A stretch of DNA of 64,000 nt from Squalus acanthias. Lineage: Eukaryota. Where the stretch lies: assembly GCA_030390025.1 (NCBI GenBank), contig CM059431.1, positions 135,844,001-135,908,000 of the forward strand. The letters run 5' to 3'. Numbering within the stretch: position 1 is the stretch's first letter; each line of letters begins with the position of its first letter. Under the pieces are notes generated by a model, which saw only the letters and a list, made by a program, of their open reading frames with translations, was not told where the DNA came from and made no database searches. A program made the position numbers and the translations under genes. Positions 36,932 to 50,369 of this stretch are shown in pieces.

Positions 36932-39310
36932 GGCTTAGAAATCCGATCACGTCGGGTGCACACTGCCCACGCCAGCTAAGGTGAATATGCGCCAGCATGC
37001 AATATTCATGGCGCCTGCTGATTCTGATAATCTAGGCATGCGGCCAGCACTACCTGCCTATTGGGGGGAGGGGGTGGTTATTGGACGTCCATGATGCTAT
37101 TAAAGGCAGCCAGCACCTCTCAAAGGGGAGGTACCATCTGGCTGCCGACACCCAGGAAGAACTTGCTGACCAATTGGCTGAAGGAAGGAAGGAGTGAGTG
37201 GGATCCAAGGTTCTCCGATGCTGCACTGAAAGTCATGGTGAAGGCAGTTGACAGGAGGAGGCACATTCTCTTATTCCCCACTCCCAGGCTGTAAGAAGTC
37301 TTCCAGGCATCATCATCATAGAAAGTGCGAAGAAATAGCTTAGCATGTCAATGCCAGGAGCATTGCAACAAGGGCATGGCTGGAAAGCCATAAAAATGTA
37401 AATGATTTAATGAGAGCTGTTAAGGTAAGAAGATTGCTCTCATACTTTCTGCTCGCAACTGCACTACTTACCGCCTCATTAATCACAACAATGACATACT
37501 CGCAAGACTACCCTCCCCACTATCCTTCACCTCCTCCAATCACTCCACCACACTTCACTACACCTCCTTCTCCTCATACTCACCAATATTACAGCCCTCA
37601 CTTACCCACAAATCACATCTCACACACAGACTGTTAGCTATGCTACCATGAAAGACACACTGTCCAAACACCTCACAAGATTGTCACTAACACACACCTT
37701 CTTTCTTGGAGGAGAAGGTCGCACACAACAGCAAGCAAAAGGCAGCCACTGGAGGGAAAGAAAGACTTGCATTTATATCACACCTTTCATAACCTCAGGA
37801 CATCTCAAAGCACTTTACAGCCTATGAAGCACTTTTGATATGTAGTTACTGTTGTAATGAAGCAAATGCAGCAGTCAATATGCCCACAGCAAGATCCCAC
37901 AAACAGCAATGAGATAAATGACCAGATAATCTGTTTTAGTGATGTTGGTTGAGGGATATATATTAGCCAGGACACTGGGTGAGCTCCCTGCTCTTCTTTG
38001 AATAGTGCCATAGGTACTTTTACGTCCGCCTGAGAGAGTAGATAGGGGCCTCAGTTTAACATCTCATCCAAAAGATGGCACCTCCCTCAGAAATGCACTG
38101 GAGTTTCAGTCTGGATTTTGTGATCAAGTCTCTGGTGTGAGATTTGAGCCCACGCTCTTCTGACTCAGAGGCAAGAGCGCCACCACTGAGCCACGGCTAA
38201 TACCAGGAGGAAGATCCCACCTGTACACCTTCTCCTCTCTTGAACAGAGCTTGCTTGCCATCATGGTAAGGGGCAGACTGGAAGCCATGGCAACTGGCAA
38301 CGCTGGAGGAGATGTCGCAAAGGGTTTCTTCATAGCTAATCCTCTGTCTTCTAACTTCTCCCTCACCCCATACACTCTGCATAACAAGCTGCAGATGCTA
38401 TCAACACCAACTTCTTTCTCTCTGCTCTCTCTCACACCACAAGCTAACCCTTGTCCCCCTCTTCCATTTCAGGTACTGAGAATGTTGATGCCAGTGAAGG
38501 AAGCGGAGGTGAGCTTCACCGAAGATGCACCTTCACTTGATCTGAACCTCGCAATCACTATCTCAGATACTGGCACCACGCGGACTTTAAAGGCTCAGTT
38601 AGAGGAGGTGTCTGCGTGTGGTGACTCACGTGTGCAGGAGACAGGGCAGGGGGACAGCATGCCACAGGTGCCAGGGAGATTACGCACATTGTTATGGAGA
38701 ATGGAGGAATCCAACTCCAACTTGTCTCGAGGCTATGCGCAGAGCATGGAGATCATTCTATCCATCAACATCACAGTGGTACCCACCATGATGAAGCCTC
38801 TGCTGACAGCTTTGACAGCTTCCATGGCAGCACAAACTGCAGCCATGGAAGCTTAGACAGCTGCTAATTATGGCTTTGAGGTTCACTGTTGAAAGTTGCT
38901 TCCAGGGCATTACATCACTCATAGACTTTTTTCTCCAGCAGAACCTTAGGAGTGCTGAGGTGTTGCCCCAGGCGAGTGAACTTGGCTCCATGGGAGAGGC
39001 ACCTTCTGTCCTCTTTCAGGATGACAGCATGCCAGCAACCCTGCCAGACACTCCGCTAGTGCCCTTGCTGGTGCCACACGGTTAGCTAGACCAAACTGCT
39101 GCAGCCCACGCCGTAATGCTGCAGTCTACAATCGGACCCTCTAGGCCCAGAGCTGTTCAAGGTAGTCTCCCATGGCCAATGCAAGTGTCCTCAAGGTAAG
39201 CTCAGCAGCCATCCACCTCCCAAGCTGTGGCCACTGGGAAACACCTCTTAGGAGGAAAAGATTAGGAAAAAGAGCACACAAGACAAGCACTAAGGGCCTG
39301 CAAAAGGGTG
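36932..39310 (+). mobile_element. Harbinger relic carrying a multi-exon Myb/SANT-like gene
   Basis: GGCTTAGAAAT end; PRFSDAALKVMVKAVDRRRHILLFP then donor AAG|GTAAGA; later EKVAHNSKQKAATGG; acceptor TTTCAG at 38472. Confidence 0.7.
37757..38197 (-). mobile_element. Full-length Deu-domain SINE
   Basis: tRNA-like head (GCCGTGGCTCAGTGG...GGGCTCAAATCTC on the minus strand), Deu core and L2-like tail. Confidence 0.85.
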
Positions 39311-39354
39311 ATGTTATTTTTGTAATTTGTCACAATCTTCCTCAGTATTAACTA

Positions 39355-40010
39355 TACCCCCCCATTTGGTGTACTTCCCATTCCCGAATCCAAATCATTT
39401 ATGTAATTAGTGAACAGCAGTGGTCCTAGCAACAATCCCTGTGCAACACCACTTCCCACCTTCCAGCAGTCTGAGTAAATACCTTTAACCCTACTCGGTT
39501 TTCTTTTTTGTATGAAATCACAAGCTTTCGGCACCGGCATCTCCGCATCATGACCACTATCGACACCACAAACTGCCGGCTCAAAGTGGAGAGAATCGCC
39601 AAGAAGAAGGAGCAATCGATAGCTCCGAAAGCTTGTGATTTCAAATAAAACTGTTGGACTATAACCTGGTGTTGTGCGACCTCTCAATTTTCTTTTTTGT
39701 ACCCAGCTTGCTAGCCATTCTGCTACTTATTCCTTTATTCCACATGCTCTAACCTTAGTACCTTATCAATGGCCTTTTGAAAATCCAAGTATATTAACTC
39801 TACTCCTTCTCCACTGCTTTAGTTACTTCTTCAAAGAATTCAATAAGGTTGGTCAAGCATGAACTTCCCTTTTGAAATCCGTGTTGACTAGTCTTCATTG
39901 TGGTTTCGGTATCAAGATGTTTTTCTATTACATCTTTGAGTATAGATTGCATTATCTTTCCTACCACTGACGTTAAGCTAATTAGTTTATAGGTTCCCTG
40001 GACTTGTTCT
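39355..40010 (-). mobile_element. Old CR1 RT fragment
   Basis: SGVAQGLLLGPLLFTNYINDLD. Confidence 0.75.
39513..39687 (+). mobile_element. 175-bp rearranged Penelope pLTR mini-insertion (second PLE family)
   Basis: 14-bp TSD TTTTCTTTTTTGTA (39499 and 39688); 19-bp inverted repeat; partial hammerhead GAAGGAGC...GCTCCGAAAGCTT; putative ORF start MTTIDTTNCRLKVERIAKK. Confidence 0.75.
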
Positions 40011-40100
40011 ATGCTCCTTTTTAAATATAGGAATAATTCTATACATCAAACATCATACTCAAGAGTATTCATAGACAAACATTCTACTTATAAAATCATA

Positions 40101-40786
40101 GGGCTGTATATTAACTCGGAGGCGGGGATGGAGCATGGGGGGTTGGTGGGGGGCTGCTTTGAGGTCAGAAAACCCGTAAAAATGGGTTTCCTGAAGGTCC
40201 TGCCGAATTTAACGGTAGGACCTGATTAGCATTTTTTATCTCTGCTTCCCGGCTGCTGGCTGGCTGTCAGGCGGGTAGGCCTTCGGCATCAGGCCGCAGC
40301 CAGGGAGTGTAGAGGAGGGAGAGAGGCCAGGGGGGCGGGGGGGAGGAGGAAGATCGAAGGCCAGAGGAAAGATCGGGGTCCAGGGTCAGGGGGAGATCGA
40401 AGGCCAGAGAAATGATTGGGGTCTGGGCCAGGGGAGAGTGGAGGCCTGAGTTGGGGGGAGATTGGAGGCCTTGTGGAGGAGATCAGAAGGGTTGGGGGGA
40501 CGGGCGGGGGGTGGAGGGGGAGTGGTGAAGCAGATAAACTGGATACAGCAGGTAAGTAGAAAGACAGTTATCTCCTGGATCCATCAATCCTCGCCTTCTT
40601 TAACCGTTAGGTTTCCCGAGGCCCGGAAAACGCGGCCGGCCAGGGTTAAATTTAAAATGATGGTTAAATATGAGGCGCGCAGCCTCATTATAATGTTTAA
40701 GTTGCCAACACACCTCCTGGGAGTGGGTTGGTTATCCGCCCCCTCCCACCTCCATTAAAACTGAAAGTGGGCGGGTTGGAGGCGGT
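40101..40786. mobile_element. Harbinger-type MITE
   Basis: GGGCTGTATATT end; reverse homologue of 21127-21876. Confidence 0.65.
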
Positions 40787-43700
40787 TAGGATTTCTGTAT
40801 ATAGACACCAAAGTCTCTCTGCTCACCCACACTTTTCAAAATCATGTCATTTATAGTATACTGTCTTTCCATATTAGTCCTCCCAAAGTGCATCACTTCA
40901 CACTTCTCCACGTTGAACTCCATCTGCCATGCTTCTGCCCATTTCACCATCCTGTCTGTCATCCTGAAGCCTATCACGATCCTCATCATTATCTACTACT
41001 TTGCCAAATTTCGTATCATCTGCAAACTTTATAATGCTGCTCCCTACACCCGAGTCTAGGTCATTTATAAAAATTGAAAAGAGTAATGGACCCAAAACTG
41101 ACCACTGCAAACCACCTCCCAGTCTGAAAAACATCCATCCACCACTACCCTTTGCTTCCTGTCACTGGGCCAATTTTGTATTCATACCATCACTTTCCCC
41201 TTAATTCAATGGCTAACATTTTCTTAATATGCCTCCTGTGTGGTACTTTGTCGAATGCCTTCTGAAAGCCCATATATACAACATTTACTGCACTACCTTG
41301 ATCAACCTTCTCTGTTACCTCATCAAAGAATTCAATCAAGTTAGTTAGACATGATTTGCATTTAACAAATCCATGCTGACCTTCCTTGATCAGACATATC
41401 CTCTGCCTTCTACATGAAGATTTCCTTTTGGGTCCTTAATAGGCCCAACATTTTCCCTAGCTAACCGCTTACACTTTATATATTTATAAAATGTTTTCGT
41501 ATTCACTTTAATGTTGCCTGCTAATCTTTTCTCATAACTTTTCTTTGCCTCACGTATTAACTTCTTCAATTCTCTCCTGTACTTTCCATAATCTTCCTGG
41601 TTATTAACTAAATCTTGCTCCTGATATTTGTCATAAGCCTCCTTTTTCCATTTTCTTTTAACTTTTATTTCCTTTGTCATCCAGGGCGCATTAGCTTTTG
41701 ATGGTCTACCTTTTCCTTCAAAGGAATATGCCTAGTTTGCACCTGAACTATCTCTTACCTGAAGGCCCTCCATTCCTCTGTTACTGCTTTACCCTGCAAT
41801 CGCCTTTTCCAATTTAACTGTGCTAGGTCCCTTCTTAAATCACTGAAATTCGCTCTTCCCCAGTTGAGAATATTTACCTTTCTATATTTTCTGGTCTCTT
41901 TCCATAATTACTATGAACCAAATTATATTGTGATCACTGTTAGTTAGATGATCTCCTACTGCAAAAACACTCCACTTGGCCTACTTCATTTTCCAGAACC
42001 AGATCCAACAGATCCTTCCTTTCTTGTTGGACTGGAGACATATTGATCAGGAAAATTTTCCTGTACACCAATCATAAATTCCTCTCCTTCCCTATCCTTA
42101 GCACTATGTTTTTCCCTGTCTATATTAGGGTAATTAAAGTCTCCAAACATTACTACTCTATTTTTGTTAACACGCCTTTGAAATTTGCCAACAAATTTGC
42201 TCATCTATCTCCTTCTCACTGGAGCTCTATAAAAAAACACCCAACAATGTAACAGCTCCCCCTCTGTTCCTCAACTCAAGCCAAATAGATTAATCCTAGA
42301 ACCGTCTAGTACATCCTTTCTATTTAGAACTGTAACATCATCCTTAATCAATACTGCCACGACCCCTTCTCTTTTTCCTTCTCTATCATTCCTGAATACA
42401 TGGTCACCAGGAATATTAAGAACCCATTCCTGGCATTGTTTGAGCCATGTCTCTGTTAATGTAACCTGCAGCTCACCAAACTTATTAGTCACACTGTTGA
42501 GGCTGCCGCGAAACACGAATTAAGGCTGAATGCATGTGTGTTAAACAAGAGACTTTTTAATCACTGCATGGCACAAAAATGGCTGAACCGAAAAGCTCCC
42601 AGAATTCTCTGGGCAATCCCTGAGGCCCCGCCCACTCCTGCCTTAAAGGTAAGGTGCCTTAAAGGGAAGGTGCTGGATATTTGTCCACGGACGGAAGAGT
42701 GGATAATGCCCGTTTAGGTGGCGATCCGCCACAACACTATGGATCTTGATACCTCCTTCATCACTTTTGCTATTTTCCTCAATCTGGTCCCTGCAATTTT
42801 TGGAATGTTTCTAATTTTATTGCTGTTTATATCACTCTGATCGAATTTCTGCTCCTTTCTGCTATTTCCTGGTTCCCCTCCCCCTGCCAAATTAGTTGAA
42901 ACCCTCCCCAACAGTACTAGTTAACCTCTCAGCAAGAACATTGGTCCCGGCTTTGTTCAGGTGCAACCCGTCCATCTTGTACAGGTGTCCCTTCCCCCAG
43001 AATCAGTTCCAAGAATCTGAAACCCTCCCTCCTGCACCACTTCTCCAGCCACACATTTACCTGCACTATCTTCCTGTTTCTATATTAACTAGCACATGGC
43101 ACTGGGAGTAATCCTGAGATTACTACCTTTTGAGGTCCTGTTTTCTAATCTTTTTCCTGGGTCTGAAACTCTGCCTGAAGGATTGCAACACTTTTTCTAC
43201 CTATGTGATTGGTTCCAACATGGACCGTGACTTCTGGCTGTTCCCCTTTCCCCTCATAGAATGTCCTGCACCTGCTCAAAGATATCTTTTACCCTGGCAC
43301 CAGGGAGGCTACATACCATTCAAGAATCACGTTTGCGGTTATAGAAATGTCTGTCTATGCCCCTAATTATCGAATCCCCTATGACTCTGCATTTCTACTC
43401 TTTCTTTTTCCCCTGTGTGCAGTTAAATCTCCCGTGGTGCAAGGGGTTTAATTCTTACTGCATTCCTCCAAGGAGTCGTCACCCTCCCAAACTGAAAACC
43501 GGTTAGCAAGCACTGGCTTGGGGGATTCCTGCACTACCTATGTCTTCCTCCTGCTCTGTCTGATGGTCACCCATTACCTCACCTCCTGCACCTTCAGCTG
43601 TGGGGTGACCACCTCCTGGAGCGTATGTTGGAGGAAACTCTCAGACTCCCGGGTGCACTGCAGTGACTCCAGCCTCTCCTCAAGCTCCAAAACTCGGAAC

Positions 43701-43930
43701 TTGAGCTCAAGCAACTGGCGGCTATCCAGGATGCATTAAGTGTCCTGGAGTTGCCACCTAGAACAGGATGCACAAGCATTAGGTCCCCACTGGCCTGCCA
43801 TGGTAGTCAATTCACTTGGCACTGATCTCTAAAAATCTAAGAAATTGACATCTAAGACACTGACCTATAAAACTCTAAGAAACTGACCTCTGAAAGACTG
43901 AGATACTAAAATAGTAAAAAGTTAACTAAA
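40787..43930 (-). mobile_element. Degenerate CR1 including 5' UTR/ORF1 zipper, APE and RT
   Basis: LLELKFRVLELEERLESL (ORF1), FGDFNYPNID, LTETWL, KFADDTK. Confidence 0.85.
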
Positions 43931-43945
43931 GGGACTGGAAATCAT

Positions 43946-44207
43946 GGGGGCAAAATTCGATAGCCCCTGAAAACAGGCGCAGGGATCGCGGTGTGCGATA
44001 AACCCGCGCTCTTTCAATGTAATGCAGGCATTACACCAACTTCGTGCTGCCTGCTCATTTCAATGATTTCAGCATGCAGCCAGAGCTAAGTGCTGTTGCT
44101 TGGCTGCATACATCAGCAGGGGGGCCCAAAGTCATGAGAGGCTTGCATGAGTTAAAGCTGGCCTGCACTGCTTAAAGCTAGCCTGCACCACTCTCAAAAT
44201 CTGCCCC
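43946..44207. mobile_element. Short Harbinger MITE
   Basis: GGGGGCAAAATT...AAAATCTGCCCC. Confidence 0.65.
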
Positions 44208-44209
44208 AG

Positions 44210-46320
44210 TCAAGATCAGGGTCAAAGTGGCTGAGCACTTGAACAAGTATAAGCTGATCGAGAGTTAGCATGGATTTCTGAAGGGTAGATCATGTCTGAT
44301 TAATCTAGTTACATTTTTTGAGGAGGTCACTAGCGAGATGCATGGGCGAGTGTCTATGGACTTCCAGAAGGCGTTTGATAAGGTTCCACACAATATGTTA
44401 GCAAAAATAAAAGTGGACGGAATTGGAGGTAACATTGTGACATGGGTCGGTAATTGGCTGGGAGATAGGAGACAGAGGGTAGAGATAAAGGGAATGTACT
44501 CTGATTTGTGGGATGTAACAAGTGGTGTTCCCTAGGGATCTTTACTGAGGCCTTAGCTTTTCACCATGTATATCAGTGACTTGGATTAAGGAATACAGGG
44601 GGAGAAATTCGGTATCGCCCCGTTTGGGGCTCAATTATCGGCCGGGCGCAAAGTTTAGCACCTGCCGCTAATTATTGCCTCTGACTGCAAACTTGGCTTC
44701 TATCGCCCCTGGAGGTGGTTGGAGCACTAAATCAGGCACTACACACCTCTCTTAAGGCGCTAATGCAGAGGAGCGAGGCGCTACTTCAGAGCGCTGGCGA
44801 AGCTCATGTGATGTCAGTCAGCAATGGAACACAGACACACTGGCACTGGCCAGTTCTTAAAGGAGGGGGTTCAATCTTGCTCTCCATCCACACCCTGCTC
44901 ATTGCAGCCTTGAATCTTGGCCTGGAGAGACCTGTACATCAAATCTGCTGGAAAGAACAATGGAGAGGCCCAGGGAAAGAGCTCAGAGTGCAGCCCCCAT
45001 AGTCTCTTCTAAATCGATGCAAGGAAGGTCAAATCAAAATGAACCTGCAAAGTGCTGCTCAGTACCCAAAACTCCTTCACATAGCGTTGAATCTCTCCAG
45101 AAGTCTCTCTCTCTCAGAATGCGTGGTGCAAAAATGTCGCCGACAAAAAAACACAGGAAGCAGTCGCCTTTAAATAGCGCTCCCCCAGTCCCTTCCCGAC
45201 TGCAAAACGTTCCCCTCAACCTGTCATTGCGAGCGGCAGGCGGAAAGGCAGGGGGCGCCACTCAATATCCGGTCCGGGGCGCTACCGGGGCATTGCACGC
45301 TCAACTGATGTCACAATCTGCGGGCGCAGGAGATCATGGCGGTAGTGTTTAGCGCCGCTGCAAAATGTCTGGTCAATTTCGCGAGTGGCGCAAATATCAC
45401 CGCGGGAGGTGCAAAGCAACCAAATTTTTCCCCCACAGAGTCATATATCCAAGTTTGTAGATGACACAAAGTTAGAAGATACAGTAAGTTGTGTAGATGG
45501 AAGCAGGAAGTTACAAAGAGACATCAACAGATTAAGTGAGTGGGCAAAACTGTGGAAGATGGAGTTCAATGTGGGATAGTGTGAAATTGTTCACTTTGAA
45601 TCTAACAAAGACAAATTGGAATATTTTCTTAATGGCGAGAGACTAGGAACTGTGGAAGAGCAAAGGAATTTGTGTGTCCAGGTAGACAAATCACTAAAAG
45701 CTAGTGGATAGGCACAAAATGTAATCAGAAAAGCTAATGATTGGTCTTTATCTCATGGGGTGGAAGTTATACTTCAGTTGTATAGAGCCTTGGTCAGATT
45801 TCGGTTTTGGGCACTGCACATCAGGAAAGAAATATTGGCCTTGGAGAGGGTACAGCGCAGGTTCACCAGAGTGATACCAAAGCTTAAAAGGTTAAATTAA
45901 GGTTGCATCAATGTGCCTTAAGTTTAGAAGTTTGAGGGATGATCGATTTGAGGTACTAAAATGATTAAGGGATTCAATAGGGTAGATACAGAGACATCTG
46001 TATGGGGGAAGCCAGAATAATGGGGTATAATCTTAAAATTAGAGCTAAGCCTTTTAGGAGTGAAATCAGGAAGCACTTTTTCACGCAAAGGGTAGTAGAA
46101 ATCTGGGACTCTTCCCCCAGAAGACTGCGGATGCTGGATCAATTGAAATTTTCAAGACTGAGAGCGACAGATTTTTGTTAGGTAACTGTCTCAAGGGATA
46201 TGGATCAAAGGCAGGTAAATATATTTGAGGTGTAGATCAGTCATGGTCTAATAGAATGGCAGAACAGGCTCGAGGAGCAGAATGTCCCACTCCTGTTTCT
46301 ATGTTATTATGTTCTTATGT
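44210..46320 (+). mobile_element. Old CR1 RT to 3' end
   Basis: DFQKAFDKVPH and KFVDDTK; TTCTTATG tail. Confidence 0.85.
44598..45434. mobile_element. Non-autonomous Harbinger (family B)
   Basis: TIRs GGGGGAGAAATT...AATTTTTCCCCC with a perfect 3-bp TSD ACA; related to the element at 63275-64000. Confidence 0.9.
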
Positions 46321-47160
46321 ACTAGGCTCAGAAGTAGAATGCAGGAGAGTTATTATCAAGCAAGAGAACCCATTGATGTGGAGAACACAGCACATTAATT
46401 ATCTTTACATTCTTACATGTAGACAAGTTGTATCGATTGTATTAAGTGAGACCAATTCTAACTGTATATTTCCTTGCTGCAAAATAAAGCAGCTTCATGA
46501 TTCCTATCAGTACTTGTCTTACTAAGTGTTTTCTTGCTTCACCTTTGAAAAGGAGAGGAACATGTGAGCATGTGTGAAAGATACAAATATCTGGTTCATA
46601 TCACAGTAGGGTACCATTGTTACACCCTGTTATATCATCACGTAAGTAGATAATGGGCAGTGTGAGGTCTACTCTGGTATTTAAGAGGTATGTGGGATCT
46701 ACTCACAGGTGTGATACATCACTGAACCTGAGAAGTTATCTACGACATACCCAAACTTTTAACAGTGATCCATTGTGGAAGTAGCACTTGTGGATTAACA
46801 AGATATGTCCGTCTTATTCAGGATATTGTATTTCATTAATATTTGGTGAAATATCATTCAAATTTAATTGTTTCTATACTTAGTAGGTATTCACTTGTGA
46901 GGATTTGGATAAATCCTCCAAAAAACAGAGGGAATATAACATCTGATCAGTGAACTTCAGATACAAATCCTAAGCACATTCCTCTGTGCAATTTTTAGGT
47001 TAAGCGTTTATCGAAGTTATTTTAAATGGGTTAATGTCTGCCTAATAATAGTGCACTGTGGAATGCATATCAAGCATTTGTACCTGAACTTTGTGCCTGA
47101 TCATAAAATATATCCAGTATGTAGCGAGAGGAAGTTCTGGTCATTAATTGAGGACATAAA

Positions 47161-47600
47161 GGCCTAGAATATGGCTGCATAGTGCCCATTTTTCGGGCAC
47201 TATTCGGCCTCCTAAGTCCCCAAAATGGTGGGAAGGAAGTGCACTACCTACTACATTGGGCAAGGACAAACAAGACCCATGCCTGAAGTCGGCGTTAGGC
47301 CCTTTGCGTATGTAAATAATGGCTCAATGCCTGTTTGAGGTCCCCGCTGCAAGATTGGCTTGCCCTGAGGCACCCAGTACAACACTAGAGATTGCCTTCA
47401 ACCAAAATTATAAGTTACTTACCTCTAAATATGGAGCCGGGAGGAGCAGGAGTGCTGCCAGCCACCTCTTTCTTCCCCCACCAATCGCGACCTTGATCCC
47501 ATCTGACTCGCCGCCGCTAACCCATCGTGATCGCCACCGCTACACACCCCTCCCGATCCCGGCCTCTGCCCCCACTCCGCCACCCGCACTACTAAAAATT
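47161..47600. mobile_element. Harbinger-type MITE fragment
   Basis: GGCCTAGAA end (compare AATTTCTAGGCC at 3353-3364); minus-strand donor ACTTACCT. Confidence 0.55.
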
Positions 47601-48311
47601 TAGTAAACGCTCCACATACTGTTGTACTAAGTCATACAGATCATGAGGATTTCAGGTTTCATCTCTGGTTTGTACTGAGTTAGGCTTGGCTACAATAACT
47701 TGCCAGCATTCAATGTCCAAGCTATGATATAGAGAATGGCCACTTGGGTTATACTTGACAGCTGTCAGTAGTTGTAGAAGGTACCCCAGCCACAGTCACC
47801 ACCTTCAACAATACAATACTTCAAAAATACTTAATTGGTTGTAAAACGCTTTGAGGCGTCCGGTGGTCGTGAAAGGCGCTATATAAATGCAAGTCTTTCT
47901 TTTTTCAGAAAAGGGGAGAAAATTGGTGGTGGGGAAATTTAATTTAGAGAATCAATGCACAGAGATTAGGGCACAACTTTCTACTGGATGGGAAGTAGTG
48001 GATTTAATGTTGATTTTTCTGATGGTTTCTGCCCAGAATTTGAATTTTTGCCAATGTGGCTAAAATGTAAAATGGAACCGTATCAACTTGTGCTGAGTTA
48101 ACTCACTGGATTGTGCTGTTATTTTTTTTAATCAAATGCAAAGAGAACCCAAGGAAGCAGCAGGTGGTAGTTTTGCTCACATAGTAAAAATGATGGTTAT
48201 CACAAAGTATTTTTAAAAAAACATTCTGCCCTGCTCAAACCATTAAAGAGAAAAAATTATGTGCATTGATCAGACACGCTGAAAGGGACACATTGGTTAG
48301 ACACAGAAATA

Positions 48312-48377
48312 TTTATACATGGAGAACCCCATTTTATACATGGAGAACCCCATTTTATACATGGAGAACCCCATTTT
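48312..48377. repeat. Perfect 21-bp tandem repeat, three copies
   Basis: (TTTATACATGGAGAACCCCAT)3. Confidence 0.95.
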
Positions 48378-48731
48378 TCAAGCCAGCAGGCACAAGTAGG
48401 TTAAATTTGATTATTTATGCATATACCAGAAATGGGTCTGATCATGTCAAAGTTGGATTGCTGCTGAAAAAACAGTTGCAAATATTTGCTTAAAGGAAAA
48501 CATTTCTCAACGCTAATTTATTCTCAAACACTCAATATTGGTTGTCCAATAGAATTGATTGGACAAAGCAAGCCAGCTCACAATTTTTCCATTCTATTAA
48601 AATGAATGGGGTGTGGCTGGGGGCGGGTGGAATCACAGGCTGACAAACACATAAGCAGAAAACTTCAGCCAAAATATTTTGTTTGCCTCAGGGTTTTATT
48701 TTTTATTTTGTTAAGAACATGAGAACATAGG

Positions 48732-49705
48732 ATATATTTTAATGACTTGGATGTGGGTGTACAGGGAACAATTTCAAAATTTGCAGATGACACAAAACCT
48801 GGAATTATAGTGAACAGTGAGGAGGATAGTGATAGACTTCAGAAGGACATAGACAGGCTGGTGGAATGGGCAGACACGTGGCAGATGAAATTCAACGCAG
48901 AAAAATGCGAAGTGATACATTTAGGTAGAAAGAATGAGGAGAGGAAATATAAACTAAAGGGTACAATCCTAAAGGGGGTGCAAGAACAGAGAGACCTGGG
49001 GGGTATATGTGCACAAATTGTTGAAGGTGGCAGGGCAGGTTGAGAAAGCAGTTAAAAAAGCTTACGGAATCCTGGGCTTCATGAATAGACGTATAGAGTA
49101 CAAAAGTGTGGAAATTATGATGAACCTGTATAAAACACTGGTGTGGCCTCAACTGGAGTATTGTGTCCAATTCTAGGCACCGCACTTTAGGAAGGATGTG
49201 AAGGCCTTAGAGAGGGTGCAGAAAAGATTTACGAGAATGATTCCAGGGATGAGGGACTTCAGTTACGTGGATAGACTGGAGAAGCTGGGGTTGTTCTCCT
49301 TAGAACAGAGAAGATTGAGAGGAGATTTTATAGAGGTGTTTAAAATCATGAAGGGTCTGGACAGAGTAGATAGAGAGAAACTGCTCCCATTGGCAGAGGA
49401 GTCGAGAACCAGAGGACACAGATTTAAGGTGATTGGTAAAAGAGCCAAAGGCGACATAAGAAAAAACTTGTTTACGCAGCGAGTGGTTAGGATCTGGAAT
49501 GCACTGCCTGAGAGGGTGGTGGAAGCAGACTCAATCACTGCTTTCAAAAGGGAGTTCGACAAGTACCTGAAAGAAAAAAATTTGCAGGGCTATGGGGAAA
49601 GGGCAGGGGAGTGGGACTAGCTGAGGTGCTCTTGCAGAGAGTCAGTACGGGCTCGACGGACCAAATGGCCTTCTTCGGTGCTGTTACCATTCTATGATTC
49701 TATGA
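48732..49705 (+). mobile_element. CR1 3' end
   Basis: KFADDTK through GYGERAGEWD; (ATTCTATG)n tail. Confidence 0.92.
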
Positions 49706-50369
49706 TAACGTATGAAATAGGAGCAGGAATAGGTCATCCGGCCCCTCGAGCCTGCTCCGCCATTGAATAAGATCATGACTGATCTTCGACCTCAACTTCA
49801 TGTTCTACCCGATCCCCATATGCCTTGATTTCCCTAGAGTCCAAAAATCAATCTATCTCAGCCTTGAATATAATCAACGATTCAGCATTCACATCCCTTT
49901 GGCGTAGAGAATTCCAAAGATTCACAACCCTCTGAGTGATGAAATTTCTCCTCACCTCAGTCTTAAATGGCCTACCCCTTATCCTGAGACTATGCCCCCT
50001 AGTTCTCGACTCTCCAGACAGGCGAAACAACCTCTCAGCATCTACCCAGTCAGTCCCCCTCAGAATCTTATGTTTCAATGAGATCAGCTCTCATTCTTCT
50101 AAACTCCAGAGTATAGGCACAATCTACTCAATCTCTCCTCATAGGACAACCCAGGAATCAATCTAGTGAACCTTCATTGCACCCCATCCAAGGCAAGTAT
50201 GTCCTTCCTCAGATAAGGAGACCAAAACTGTGCACAGTACTCCAGGTGTGGTCTCACCAAAGCCCTGTAAATTGTAGTAAGACTTCTTTGCACTTGTACT
50301 CCAACCCCTTGCAATAAAGGCCAACATGCCATTTGCCTTCCTAATTGCTTGCTGAACCTGCATGCTAAC
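49706..50369 (-). mobile_element. CR1 3' end
   Basis: LVRPHLEYCAQFW, FITQRVVNLWN and the tail. Confidence 0.9.
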
